64,000 bases of DNA from Cirrosporium novae-zelandiae (taxonomy: Eukaryota). Where the stretch lies: NCBI GenBank assembly GCA_026023565.1, contig JAPETS010000001.1, forward strand, positions 806,001 to 870,000. Reading direction: 5' to 3'. The position numbers and the translations under genes were made by a program. A model generated the notes under the pieces. The model ran no database searches and was not told where the DNA came from. It saw only the letters and a list, made by a program, of their open reading frames with translations. How positions within the stretch are numbered: position 1 is the first letter of the stretch; every line of letters begins with the position of its first letter. This document shows, one piece after another, positions 26,188-39,659 of the stretch.

Positions 26188-27830
26188 TTAGAACATTTTT
26201 CTCTCCGCGAATGCAAAATCCTGGTCATCGGATTCCGAGGAGCCACTTGCTACACTGTTGAACCTGCTGAAGTCCACACTTCCATCCAATGCTGAAGGCG
26301 AGGTTGACTCATCACCGTCAGGAGGATTGCCGTTGGCTAGTTCGTCCTTGATTGCCGAGAGGTCGTTATTGTCGTCATTGCTGCTATCCTGTCGTTGTGA
26401 GACCGTGGAAATACGGCGATCCTTCCCACGGCCCTTGATCCCTTTATTACTATTCTTATACAGGGTAGCAAAATACTCCCATAGTTCCTTGTCCCGTGCT
26501 GATACTGTGTCACCTTCGCGCATGCTAGCAAACTTGAAAGTAAGGCGCTGCAGGGTCGCTGCGTGAAATTTGTTCTGATGCGACTATGATTGGGGTGTTA
26601 GAAGTATGGTTAGGGCTATTCACGGTCAGAAAAATGAAAGGTCACCTTAAGATTGCCCAATTGGGTGAACTGTTTCCCGCAATTATCAAGCTTGCAGGTG
26701 AAAGGTTTGAACTGCTCATGAACGATCCGATGAGCACGAACGTTACCGCGTTGTGCGAAGCGTTTGCCGCAGGCTTCGCAGGAATAAGGGCGTTCACCTG
26801 TGTGACGACGTTCATGGGTCTACCGCATGCTTATTAGCAGTAGGTTCCTTCTACCTTTAAGTTAAAGGGATATTTACCCTGAGATTTCCTAGCTGAGAAA
26901 ATCGCTGTCCACAAGAAGGCTCTCGACAGAGCTGAGAGTGAACGTAAATTACGTCAGTTCAATCTAGATCTCGGATATAGTCTTGAGCAGAAAATCGGCC
27001 AAACGTACAAATGGCTTATCTCCCGTATGCGCACGCATGTGAATCTCCAGGTGTGTCTTCTGATAGAAACTCTTCCCACAGCTGGTGAATGTACAATGAT
27101 GCTTCTTTCGACCTGTTTCGTTTTGCGGTTGCGGTTGCGGTTGCGATTGCGATTGTGATTGTGATTGTGATTGTGATTGTGATTGTGGTTGTGGTTGTGA
27201 TTGTGGTTGTGGTTGCGGTTGCGGTTGCGGTTGCGGTTGCGGTTGCGGTGGGACGGCGCTGTTTTGACTTGCTCGGCCATTTAGATCGAGAGAGGCAATA
27301 TGGGCTGGCGGTATCATCGTCATAGGCGGTGTATTCGTCGGTTGTTTCCTGGGTTTGGTTTTAGCTTGAATCGCTTTCATTAAAGTATCGACTTCAGTGC
27401 TAAACTGGGCTTCCTGAGGGATCGGCGGTTCTCCCAAGTCAGATACTTGGTGGTAAGTACCCTGTTGCACAGGGGCCGAGTGAACAGAAGAAAGGCTATC
27501 GTGTTTGATAGGCAGACTTCGGGACATTTGAACAGCTGCGTTCTTAGCCTCGGAGACCTGTGGAACGCCGCCCATGACGTTGGGGGGGTTGAAGAGAGCA
27601 GATGGTTCCACTAAGGACTGATAACCTGTGACGGCTGAATTGTACCAGCCTGCCATGTTGGGTGTATTCGCGAACATGAAGTTAGCTTTCGGGTAAGCTG
27701 TCGGGGGGAAGCCTAGTGGAATCTGCATCGGTGTGTTGGAGAGATAGGATATGCCCGGATCGAGGTCCAAAGCGGTCATTCTCCGCAAGGCGTAAGAGCT
27801 CATGGGGTGGTGAGCCATGTCGAAGGCCAT
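26188..27830 (-). CDS. AZF1: C2H2 zinc-finger transcription factor, Azf1-like (4 fingers), multi-exon; start codon approximate
   Basis: [31 protein letters not shown] fingers and the conserved tail [23 protein letters not shown]. Confidence 0.88.
27124..27249. repeat. Coding hexamer repeat (CCGCAA/CCACAA/TCACAA)n encoding a (PQ)n(SQ)n tract in Azf1
   Basis: About 21 hexamer units read directly; translates as PQPQ...SQSQ...PQPQ. Confidence 0.9.
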
Positions 27831-30132
27831 TGGGCTAACGACTTCCACCTCCGCTGGTGGGTTATTGATGTTTTGAACTGAGGTGTCTCGACGGTGGTGT
27901 TCGGAGAAAAAAAAGGTATTTCTGGAACTCGATAACTCCCAAGATCAAGAGTGCTCACGGTGACCGCAGCCGTGAGACGACCTGAGATTTGATGCCTGAC
28001 ATGTAAAACGTGACCGGTGCACTAGTGGAGAGGAAAAGGTGTTTGAGTGAGACGAGCAAAGCAATGAAGCAACAGCCAGTTGTCAATGAAGCAAAATATT
28101 CGGTGATCGAGCAGAAGCAAGCAGCAGTATATGAAAGGCGAATGAGACGATATCACAAAAAGGGTCAAGTCAGGGTGTTGCACAGGAAGTTAAAAGAAGC
28201 TCTCAAAGCTCAAATGTAAAAGCATGGATCCGAATATTGAGAGCGGCTTCCTGGCCCGTCCCGATGGTAGAGGAAGCCCGGATCCTTATACGCCACAAGA
28301 GGTCTTACGCCGGAGAAAAAAAATAAGATGAAGTAACGATGTTTTGTCGCGCCAAACAAACTTGAGTCCTGAAAGTCAGGGCCATTGCATAATATAACTC
28401 GAGGATCCAAGACAGATCAGGAAGGGCTTGGACACAGCGAGATCGAAGTCATGGTAGAGGCCGACTGTTTAGCTGCTCCAAGCAAGCAGAACGCTGTAAG
28501 AACCTGCAGCGGGTGGCAAAATGAAGGTCGATAGCCGGTTGGTCTTTGCAGATTCACCCAAAAGCTTTTTCGCCAATGGAGAGGTTCTAGCCCACCTGAG
28601 TTGAAATGTGAGAAAAGGGGACCCCCAATGGAGACGGGATGATGAGATATGTCTGGTACCGGTTGGCGAGCTTTTTGCATGGATTCTTTTGGGGGAGGGG
28701 AGGGGGGTATCAGGCTACGAAGCAAAAAAGGATTAACAGGAGTGAGAGAAAGACAGATCAAAGGGTAAGGTAGCTATGGGGGTCCAAGGTCTAAGGTCTT
28801 GGGTCGTTTTCTTAGTTTTCTGGCCTGTTCGGGTTTCGGGCACTGGTCCACAAGAGTAGCCAGTAAATGAGGCGTTGGCATTTTGGAACATCCAACCATC
28901 ATCAATCAACCCAACCAGTACCGTTCACCACTTTTTTGCGCCGGTCGAGTGCCAAAACGCCATGCCCGTGGGGGGGGGTCGGTTGGGGGAACAATATTTT
29001 GATCAAATGTATTGAGTATGTAATGAATGGTGGGGATCACACTCTCTCACCGGCCACTGCCCAACATGCTTATCGGATTTTGATAAGATGTCTGGATATT
29101 CCGAACTTTGATGTTCGTTGCTAATAGTGCTGGATAGTGTTAGAAACATTCAAGCCTTTAGTGCCCGAGGTCGACACATCTCCTCAGTGCACCCCCCCGC
29201 CTCCTCTCCCCCCTCCATGTCCCATGCCCCCATCGGAAGCTACCAGTCGATCATGATTTAATCAAGCAAAAGATCTTCACTACAAGAAAGAATTACAATT
29301 TCTGGGTAAATGATTTTGACTCTGGAGAGGAACGATACACCTCAAATCTTTGTCACTCGATCACTAGATTTTCCATCTTGAAGAACATGGAACACAAAAC
29401 TAGCACGACGAATCGCACTTGGACGCGGCATCCTAGTTCCAGGTGCAGCAGTGTACAGCTTGGCTTGACGAGGCGCCGACACAAGGACGATGGACCTTTA
29501 CCAAATGCAGCTAATATGACGATTATGGGGGGTCAATATGAACCGAAGATTAAGATCTCAGATCGTATCGAGTACATGGAGGATGTTCGATGAAGGAAAG
29601 TAGATGGGTCAGTCCGAAAGGTAGCTGAGTCTTCTTCTTCAACAATCATCATCAATAGCGGTAGCAGTAGCAACGTATCTAAATGTTCATAGCTTCTTGT
29701 CTGGGTCATCTGAACCTGGATGCTGGGGCCGAAGCCGAGGCAGGCGGGGATAACGGGGTCGCACAAGCTACGAGATTGTGAGGCTTCAAAGATGTCTAAG
29801 AGGCTTGAAAGTTTAGAGGCTACGAGGCAACCAGAGGCAATAAAAGGCAACGAGGCTGGCAAGTTGCCAGGATTAGGGGAGTTATTACATGTAGTCTTTA
29901 ATGCCGAATGCTGGTAAATCTTTATGCTTAGGCCCTTGGAACTGGAAGACGGATGAGGATTGACACTCACTCAGTAGCTGTCAAAAAAACATGCCCACGT
30001 GCCTCTAAAAACGGTTATGACTTCTTGAGTGAAGGGGTGTTTGTGTATAGTTGTATAGTTTTTGAATAGATGCAATTGAAAATGAAAAGGATATTATTTG
30101 GTCCAGAGATAAATAGTTAGGCAGCAATAAGG

Positions 30133-30203
30133 TATCCTATCCTATCCTATCCTATCCTACCTGACCTTGACCTGTCCTGACCTGTCCTCTCCTGTCCTGC
30201 CCT
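30133..30203. repeat. Pentamer microsatellite (TATCC)n degenerating into (CCTGA/CCTGT)n
   Basis: tatcctatcctatcctatcctatcctacctgaccttgacctgtcctga read directly. Confidence 0.75.
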
Positions 30204-31835
30204 GTACTATACAGTAGTTATAAAGTTTAATGAACCTATTTATCCTACATAGTACATATCTCTTGGGCACAGATGACCTATGACTATGACAGATTAGGAA
30301 AAGAAAAAAAAAGAGAGAAAGAGACAAAGGCGGACGGTGAAGACGGTGAAGTTTGTTGTGAATTACAAATGCAAATGTACTCTTGTACAGTACATGTACC
30401 TTGAACCTTCATGAAGAGATCCACCTTGTGCAACAAAGCCACCGTCTGATCGTCAAATCAACAAGAAAAATAAAACCTGGGGAACACAGTCAAACTCGAT
30501 TAGCTACGTGGTACAGATTTGATCCATCTATTATCCTTCCCGTATCCATTAACCTACCATCCTCCTCCTGATACAGAACATACAGAACACCTGCGCCGGT
30601 TACTTACTCGGTCCATTTCCCCCATCAAATTTCGACATCTCCATCATCTGTTTTAATTTGGTGTAGCCCCTGGGCAGTGACAGCGGAGAGAGGGTTTTCT
30701 GAGCTAATATGCTTATGGGATTACTGTAAGCTGATGAGGGGTGGGCAGCTTTGATCCCACAGTGCCCAACATTAACCTTTATACACAAAGATGGGGGCGA
30801 TGGGGGATGAGGGCCCATGAAAGGTGGAGGAGAGACTCACAAGGGGAGAGACACAGGAAAGAAAAGGGCACTGCTCGGCGCTGTGATGCAAGCAGTAAAG
30901 TTTACTTAATAAAGCCTGCCCGCACCTTATAACATCCTTGAACCTAGAGATCTTGGGGCAGGGGCGGCACGAAACAAGTCTTTCGACGTATAATACTCTA
31001 TTGGGCCATGCCCTCCTACTCTCCTGCACTTCATCCTGTGAAAATTCATTTCTTTCCTCCCCCTTATTCCATCAACTACTCATCACCCCATCCATCAATC
31101 CGTCACCCATGATCCCTCGATACTGACCTGTGATCTGTCAGTCCAAATTTGGTTCAATGATAAATAAAGTATAAAATAGAATAGATCATGGTTTCAGGTA
31201 GGACATGCCAATCAACAGGTCATTTCAGGGCACATGTACAAGACAACAGACATCATGGATCTGAAACAAGCCAACACTTTTGACGTCTTGTCTACCGCTT
31301 AAAGACTTCACCATCTAAGGACAACTTGGTCCCTCGTGAGAGTCGCCATGACTCCCATGTCCCTCACCCTCATCCATCCCCCCCAACACACACACACACT
31401 CTCTCTCTCTCTTTCATTAATCTAGGGACTCCGCGAGGAAGACCCTGGCGTGGTTGATGTCAGTTAGGTATTTGGAATATGTAGCCTTCATTTTTTTTTG
31501 CTCCTTGGATAACAATAACAACCAGACATCCTTCATTTCATGCCCACCATTGTAATAGCTTAAGTATAAGCAATGCTACAACGTAAAAAATCAGAGATTG
31601 ACGCCGCCCATGCCTCAATTCTCTTTTCGCCACCCCGCCAGTCTCCCTCTCAAAGGTAATAGGTGATAATAAATCATTTCGTCGGTGTCTACCACACAGA
31701 AAATGATATCCACCAGCTATCCTTCCTCATGTAAACCATTTATCTCCACCGCTCTGATAATATGCGAAAGAGACCTGTGTGTATGCTCTTTGCAAACATA
31801 TCTATAGGAGAGAGCCTAAGCATATCGCACCAGAA

Positions 31836-34167
31836 TCATCTGGGCCTTTGCCCGAAGACAGCATAACTAGACAATTATTAGTACAAAAACTATGCATATC
31901 ATTTACACATAAACATACTTCCAAATCCGAGCTTTCATATCTCCACTTCCCGTCGCAAAGAGCCGTCCGGCGGGACTTGGTGCAACAGAAATAACGGAGT
32001 TTTTATGGCCCTGGAGCATTGCGTGGGCGATTCCCGTCTTCGGATCCCAGAACTGGACACCTCGATCCTTGGAACCACTAAGAACCCAGTCACCATCAGG
32101 GGTGAGCGCAACACTCAGGACAAAGTCCTTATGGCCCTCAAAGGTTCTGATGCATTTAGTGCCTCTGGACGGTGGGAGACTACTGCCGACAAGTCGGCTG
32201 CCTCCTGAGAGCTCCCACATTTTAATGGTACGATCTAGACTACCGCTAACGATCTCACGTCCATTTGGTGCAAATGCTACCGAATAGACACTGTCCTTAT
32301 GTCCATCTGGGCCTTCGAGTCGTTCGACTAGGGCGCCCGTTTGGGCATCCCAAACTCTAACGCTTCGGTCGAGAGATCCTGCTGCGACATAATTGCCATC
32401 TGGTGATACTGCAACGGTAGTTACACCGTCCTCGATAGTCAACTGAAGAATGTTACGGCCTGACTCAATATCCCATAGGCGAACGGTGTGATCCCCACTA
32501 CCAGATGCAATATGACGTCCAGTCATTGAAAAGTCCAGAGAATAAATGTCTTGATCATGACCAGAGAAAGTATGACGAATGGTCTTTGAAGCAATATCCC
32601 ATACCTAGTAAGGTTAGCTCCTGTTTGCGCTACCTGATCGTGCTCGCTGATACGATTTGGGGTCACTTACCCTTATCAAGTGATCCTCCGCACCAGTGGC
32701 TAGATATTTTCCGTCTGGGCTGAAACAAACACTTCGGATGTACAAGTCTCCGCCATCTGTTCGAGCACTATCATCCTGCAGGATTGCGACTTTGTTCCCG
32801 GTTCTGACATCGAAAATCTGAGCTGAGAAATTGCAGCCAGTGGCAACAAATTTTCCATCATAGCTGAACCTTACACAGCAAACAACACTCTCGTGCGCCA
32901 ATGTATGTACTAAATCAATGTCAAGCACGCGAGCATATTGAGGATTGAAAACCGCGTGCCAGTCAGCACCCTCCTTCTTATAAAATGGTTCGAGTGCCTC
33001 AAGGTCATAATCGGCGAGCTTGTTGCCGAAATTAGGGACTGAAGGATGATGCTCATTTGATGTGGGCGGGCGAACGACGTGAGGAGAGGCAGTTGCGTCA
33101 ACATATGAAGGCTGCGTCTGCTGCGGCGTTTGCGGGCCTGGAGGACCTGGAGGGCCACGATTGTTTAGGCCTTTTCCGGGGCCAGGAGAAGCAGTGGATG
33201 GCGGTGGAGGCTGAGAAGCATAGCCTATTGAATCGAGAATCAGCATTATTGTACGCAAGTTATTATCAATTCATGTCGCATTGTTGCTGACAGCATAAAA
33301 TATTAAACACAGTACTGAAACGCGCTCGTCTAAGATTGGCGTGAGAGCAAAGACCTGACAGGAATTCATATGTTGTAGACATCATCCTAGTCTGAACCTC
33401 TTATTTTGTTCCATGTTGCTGGCCTTTACATCAAACCAGACACAGAATTCAATGCTCTCAAGTACCAATCTTAAATTTATGACTTACGCACTAAGGGTGA
33501 AAAATAATGTGAAGTCGTACCATTAACAGCAGGGCCCGGTTGATATCCTTGATATGGTTGCTGTGGTTGAGGAGGTTGCTGTGGACCTGGTCCTGGCGGT
33601 GGTTGAGCCATTGGATGCTGTGGAGGTTGCTGTGACTCTGGAGGAGGTGCCAAGCCTGGGCCTCCTTGTCCACCTGGTGCCATTATTCCTCCAAAGAGAG
33701 TACCTTGACCATGACCAACTGCAGGGGGTGGGGGCTGAGAGGGACCTCCAGGATGTTGACCAGGAGCTCCCAAATGAGATGGCATTGGTGGACCACCACG
33801 AGCTTCCAGTTCTCGATGAAGACGAGCGATTTCCTCATCATATCTAACATGTTCAACCATTAACTTCTGAATATCACTAGAACATTCGGCATAAGAGGAA
33901 AGGTGGTACACACTGTTTCTTAATGTTGATTTGCGCCTGCTCTAAGTCAAATAGTTTGCGCCTCACCATCTCCATCTCCTGAATCTGAGCACTAACTATA
34001 GAAAGGGATTAGTAATTGACGCAGCAAACATGTATCATCAACATACTTGTATGCTCATATTCGGCACCTGAACGAGACTGATTCTCGAATTCAGCTCTGA
34101 TCTGATCCAGGAGTTCGGTAAGACGATTATTGGGAGCGGCGACCATGCCGCGATGAGGATTATACAT
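31836..34167 (-). CDS. TUP1: General transcriptional co-repressor Tup1/Rco-1/RcoA, multi-exon
   Basis: N-terminal [32 protein letters not shown] repeats [57 protein letters not shown]. Confidence 0.96.
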
Positions 34168-36557
34168 AACGGGTGAAAACCGCGGTAGACCACGATATTT
34201 ATTTGGGCGGCTTGACGACAACAGGTATTCTGGTGATAAATTTGTGCGCGCGCACGATGATGATGAGGAGAGGTAAAAGCTTCAGCGTGAAAGAGCCTCA
34301 GGAAGCTAAGGTGGTTTGACGAAACTCCGAGACACCGCGATTATTTGACGAGAGAGACTGGAGACTGTGGCTGAAGGAACTTCCTAGCTCGATGAGACCG
34401 AGACTAGTAGCCAGTAGCACCAGTAATAAACTCGTAGAGATGTGTGTCGAGGTTGCTTGGTCGATGGCGAAAGTTATGGAGTAGTAGAGTATAGGAGTAT
34501 TAAGTAGTGAGAAAGTAGCGATGAAGGATGAGAAGGAAGGACGAAGATGGCAGGAACAAGAAAAGCTTGTTGGCAAGCGAAGCGTGAGTAAGTGAGCACC
34601 CAGAAGCGATGGGAAAGATGCTCTGGCTCCTGCTGTCGATGTGCCTGCGGAGCCGTTAAGTTCTCGGCACAGCAGATGGAAAGATTGAGCGGATGATTCG
34701 CGTGATACTAAGCCAAGTCTGTAGAAGTAGCCTCGCTCTGGCTAGGACTGGAGTTTAATAAGATAAAAAATAAAAAAAATACACCGTGGAGGCCTAGTTC
34801 AGCTTATAGAGTTAACCTAAGGACCCCTGAATAATACTTTGATAGATAGTCGGATACTCAAGGAACTACCAGATAAACGCTTTTCTATTTTATTTTTTTT
34901 ATTTTACTGAAGTGCGTACTTATTATTATTATTTGGGTGAAACTAGAATAAAGTACCTCAATCAATGTACCGATTGTACCGATAACATGGGGGGGATGAG
35001 GGAGTGCTCGGGGCGTTTAAATCAACCAATCACTAATCAAAATGCCAGGGAAGGAAACCACTAGTTTGTTTTGTTGCTCAGGTTCAAGTTCAGCTGCTGC
35101 TTGCCGGGGTTGCTGCTTTTCTAGATTGAATCTAAAAGGTTTCTTCTAGGGGGCCAAGGGAAGCGGATAGCTACTAATAACCTGGTATGGAAGGTGATGG
35201 TGGAGCACTGGAGATAAATATTGTGATGCACAGGGCACTGAAGGGGGGGTTGTCAAAGGACTAATGTTTTAGTTGATGGATCAGTGGATCAATATTCTCT
35301 ATATTTCCGGTTCAAGGCTTTCTGTGGTATGATTTGGTGGTGTATAATACGATATGGTATGATGGAAGTGTTGATTCGTTGATTTGTTTACTTGTTTATT
35401 AATTAATTATGAATGATGGAATTATGTACTGTGTAGTTAAGGTAAATAATACTTACCTATGTAGGTAGGTCCATGTATGTAAGGACTTGGTAAAGTTGGA
35501 AGTTGGGCTGAATGGAGTTAGTGACTAAGGTAAGGTTTAAAGCACATGGGACAGGTCGGGCTTTTTGGCAGCAGAAGCCGTGGCATCCAAGTTCCTAAAC
35601 CCTACAGGACTACAATATGAGGTCCGTGCTTCAGCCGGTCGCCGTCGGATTAACCGGGATTATTCAAAGTTTGGCTTCGCTTCATCATTGAAACCACTGG
35701 AAGGAATGAAAATGTGGGTCTGGCCAATGTGGGATACCATGGTCTGTGCGATGCCCTAGTTACTTACCTACTGTCCAACCCAAAAGCGTCACAAACAACC
35801 CGAACAGCATAACTCGCAAGTCGCCGTTGATTTCTCTCTACTAGTTATCCATCCATTCACCAAATAATTAACACCTATACCCCTTCATGACTCGTTATAT
35901 AGCATTCATATTTACATCATCCCTCGTTGGTAAAAGGTACCAAGATACTATTTGTCAATCATATCCTTTTCTTTCCCTCGTGATAGCAGCCAGACCCAAG
36001 CCTTCCAATAAAACTAGCCCAAAATCATTTCATATCATTACTTGCTTTATCCATTATGACACTGGTGTTCTTCCGGAGAGTTTTTTACTACTCGTTACCC
36101 CACATTTCCAGCTGAATTGACTTGGATTCGGTCGAACTATATTTGATCTCCTCATAGGAGTGGAACGTTGAGGGGCCTCCCGGCTCTTTGGAACTGAAGA
36201 TACCTGTAGCGACTTGGAAATTTCATTCTACTGCCAGTAGTTTATTGTGCTACCAATGAAGAGGGTTGTTTGTATCAAGTGGATTTTTCGGTCAATGCAA
36301 TTGCATAGAGATCATCAAATATCCCTAATACACCAGCATCTTCTTTTCTCAGAGATGTCGTAGTAATCTATTGAAGACGGGGAACAACCAGTAAAGACTA
36401 CCTTCGACTGCTAAAAACTTGTGCATAGAAGGGCCTAGATCGTTAAAAAACTGCAGCAGCTCATCAGAATTATATCTGTACATACCTATATATAGGTGTA
36501 CATATTTTTATTACGACCCATAAACCCCCAAAAAAGTATCAAATTACCAGTTCTTGA

Positions 36558-36639
36558 TGCTCCCGACGGGACTCGAACCCGTGCCTCGAGCAGACCAGAT
36601 AAATGGGAAGCTCGAATTCTACCCCTGAACTACGGAAGC
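36558..36639 (-). tRNA. tRNA-Gly(CCC) with 11-nt canonical intron (36593-36603)
   Basis: GCTTCCG TA GTTC AGGGGTA GAAT T CGAGC TT CCC A [TTTATCTGGTC] T GCTCG AGGC ACGGG TTCGAGT CCCGT CGGGAGC A; all stems pair; T6 terminator (A6 at 36530-36535). Confidence 0.93.
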
Positions 36640-37948
36640 TACATTTATTGAATCATATGAACGTAATAGAAGTTTATGATCATTTGAACATTAGATGGTA
36701 AGCGAGGTCTACAGCAAAAGAACCAGTTGAAATTTTCCGAAAGATAGCAATTTATCAAGGTAGCTCTCTAGCCCTATTTTTTAGCCATATATCGTTATAG
36801 CTGTAAAAGTCATCCTACACTTTCAAAGGCTATTAAACCGAAATTTTAGTTTTCATATATGAATATTATCAACCATCATTACTACCAAAGCTGTGTTAAC
36901 TTCTACCAAGCCTTTCTTCTCTATAATTATATATACTCCATCTCTTTTCCCTATCTCTTAAGGCATGTGTTTTTTATCATGTGCCTTCTGTCTTTATATA
37001 ATCGATCGGGTTTAGCTAATCGGAACAGGACATGGCATATGATTTGTTAACTAGCTGGCGGGAATCACCATTGAAAGGAAGTAAATCAAAGATAGCTAAC
37101 ATCCTTATGAATGGCTGGCCAAAGCTTCTATCAAATGGCGCAGCCAATTTGTCTTGAGGAGAGCAGTCAACCACTAATTTTATCCGGCAGATGCTAGTCT
37201 AAATTTGCTACCGCAGAGTCCAGTTACCCACAATTGCTCGAGTAGAAACAGAAAAGTGCACAGACGCCATCGTTTGCATGATCTTCAGGATTAAATCGAA
37301 AGAGGTCAATGGGCTAATGCTCTTCACCGATGGCTATTCAGAGATTTCTCTCTCAAATATTCATTAACAATCCTGTTGAAACCTTTGGCTTCCAAGTCGA
37401 CTTAGCTAGGACTTTGTGTGGTCTCCAAGCATGCAGCTAGAGGGGTATAGAGCGCAGTTAAGAGAAAAGAAAAAGTACTGGCCTCCATATTAAAAACATT
37501 TTCCCTAAAATTGTTATATTTCTGCATGGGAGCATCAACAAAGTAACGATATTATCAGCTACTATAATAAGGTAACGGGAGATCTGAATCATCGTATTCT
37601 CTAACTTCTGAAATATTGAACTATGATATATCCTATCGGGTTCTACGTTGAAAAAGGTTGAAATCATGCCCACGTTGTATAAGAGAGCCCAAGAGGGTTG
37701 CTTCATCGTTTCACAAACCCCAAAGGATATTTGAAACATATCTTGTTCATGGGCTTGGGAATATATTTTATAATCCATACAAAAAGCAGACTTGCATGAG
37801 ATATTTAAGGAAATCCCAAGTGTCTAGACTATCCACTTTGTGTGAGGAAGAGGTCCTGGTGGTGGGCGTGGAGGCTTGAGACATAGAGCTCGTGAGCTCC
37901 TCTCAGGATGTGAGGTGCACTGGTAAGTCTTAGACCTCGTTCCTTATA

Positions 37949-38148
37949 TCCTAGACTGGTCACCAATGGCTATCGCTAGTAGGGGTGTTAATGTAGGGGG
38001 TCTGATTGACCCAATGACAAGATCTTGAGGCTCAATATGATTCAACAAAGAAGTTGATGCCTGAGTCTGCCTGAAAATAGTTATCTGACCTATCATAATC
38101 CTTACATAACATCCCTACTAGCGATAGCCATCGGTGGCCAGTCTAGGA
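37949..38148. mobile_element. MITE-like foldback element, about 200 bp, with about 49-bp terminal inverted repeats
   Basis: Left arm tcctagactggtcaccaatggctatcgctagtaggggtgttaatgtagg (37949-37997) versus reverse complement of right arm tcctagactggccaccgatggctatcgctagtagggatgttatgtaagg (38100-38148); non-coding interior. Confidence 0.7.
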
Positions 38149-39659
38149 GATTCTTTCGCAACTACATTTCCCAGCATACACAACTTCGAAGTGATTTATA
38201 TCTCTAGGTGGCTTGTATCTCTAGTGCGCCGTGGGACTTGATGATGATAATAATTCATTTTATTGTTCATATGTCACCTTCAGGTTATGGCGGACATACG
38301 CGTCGTGGGACTTAACATAGACAGAACTTGGCCATTTCCGTTTAGGAAGAGGTTACTGCATAAAATGCCAGAAACCAAGTAGAATTTATAGTTTTAATTG
38401 AACCAAAATAATCAAACAGCATATACTTCCAAACTTCGGCGGACTACTTAAGCATGACAAATAGCATACGACTCTCCTATTTACAGATGCACAACTCAGT
38501 AGGCTTACCGACTACGTTGGAGATACCGAACCACCCTCAAAAGCCATCGCTTGGGAGAGTACGGCAGAAACATTAAAAGTATAAAGGCTACAACAGGTGC
38601 TTTAGGCTTATGGTTTCTGACACTGATTTATTCATCGTTCCACGTTTTCCAACTCTGGAAACTTGAGTTCTTTTAGCAATGTGGGGTCAAATATTGTAGT
38701 TTCTTTTTACAAAGGTTAGACGGACTTGACTAGGGGTGCAATCATATAAATTATAAAGACCCAAACAACGAAATCTTTTCAGACAAGCTAAAGTAGGAAT
38801 GTGATGGTATTACGAAAAACTGAACTCTATTTTATCAAACTATGGCAAAAGCCCCTCCATCTTTCTGTGGGGGTATCTACGAACTAAAGACATATGTCCA
38901 GATCGGAGCCTTCCTCTGCCTTCCCAGTTAAGATCTGGTTTACCTGCTTTGCCACGGGATGCAGAGGATTTGAACAACTGGATCCATGAAACTAAGGAGC
39001 TATTTTACAATGTCGCACATAACATGCTGTTTTGTAGCCGGGAGGTTTAGTAGAAAGGAGAAGGCTTGAAAGAAGGATATGGTTTGGAAGAAGGAGGAGG
39101 TTTGTAACAAGAAGAAGGCAAAATCTAGGTTGATCGGCATTTCATGGCTGGCTGATCTAGTTGCTTCAAAGAAGGCGATGCGATACTGTAAGACCGTACA
39201 GGTAGCTATAAACTGTAGAGAGAGGTGTGCCATTTTTCAACGTTAAACCATTCATATTTTCATCCTTTCTTGCTAAAAGGGCTGGTAAAAGTATTGATTC
39301 TATTGGCATTGACGTCCCTAGCGCATGAAACGGGGCTGAGGAAACATAAATATCAAGAAAATGACTATTTGGTGTTTTGCTTGTCACAGCCTATCCGGTT
39401 TCACGCTTCCTCAATAAAATAAACATACTAATCTGGTAGCACATACCATTGGTCTCAATTCTTATTGTAGATAGTGATTGAAACATTTCCCATAAGTTCC
39501 TTGTATGGTATACTCCTCTCCTATTCAAAATGTACTGGACCTCTTAAAAAGACCAATATCTAGTGCTCTATCAGTCATACCCATTTGTAGGTATTCATCA
39601 CATATCTCAAATCCTAAAAGTATATTTCACAATATCCTCTTGTAATGTCATTGAAGTCG

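Noticed and set aside
26954..27325. ORFs with (RN/HN)n and (VA/VI)n repeats
   Set aside because: Alternative frames of the Azf1 PQ/SQ hexamer repeat
36558..36639. Possible spliceosomal intron in tRNA-Gly(CCC)
   Set aside because: Only an 11-nt canonical intron is present, with no GT-AG or branch signals; it serves as the ordinary control
38890..39250. Protein-like fragments (DAEDLNNWIHETKELF; Lys-rich stretch) upstream of tRNA-Arg as a pseudogene or transposase relic
   Set aside because: No recognisable motif; cannot be supported without a homology search
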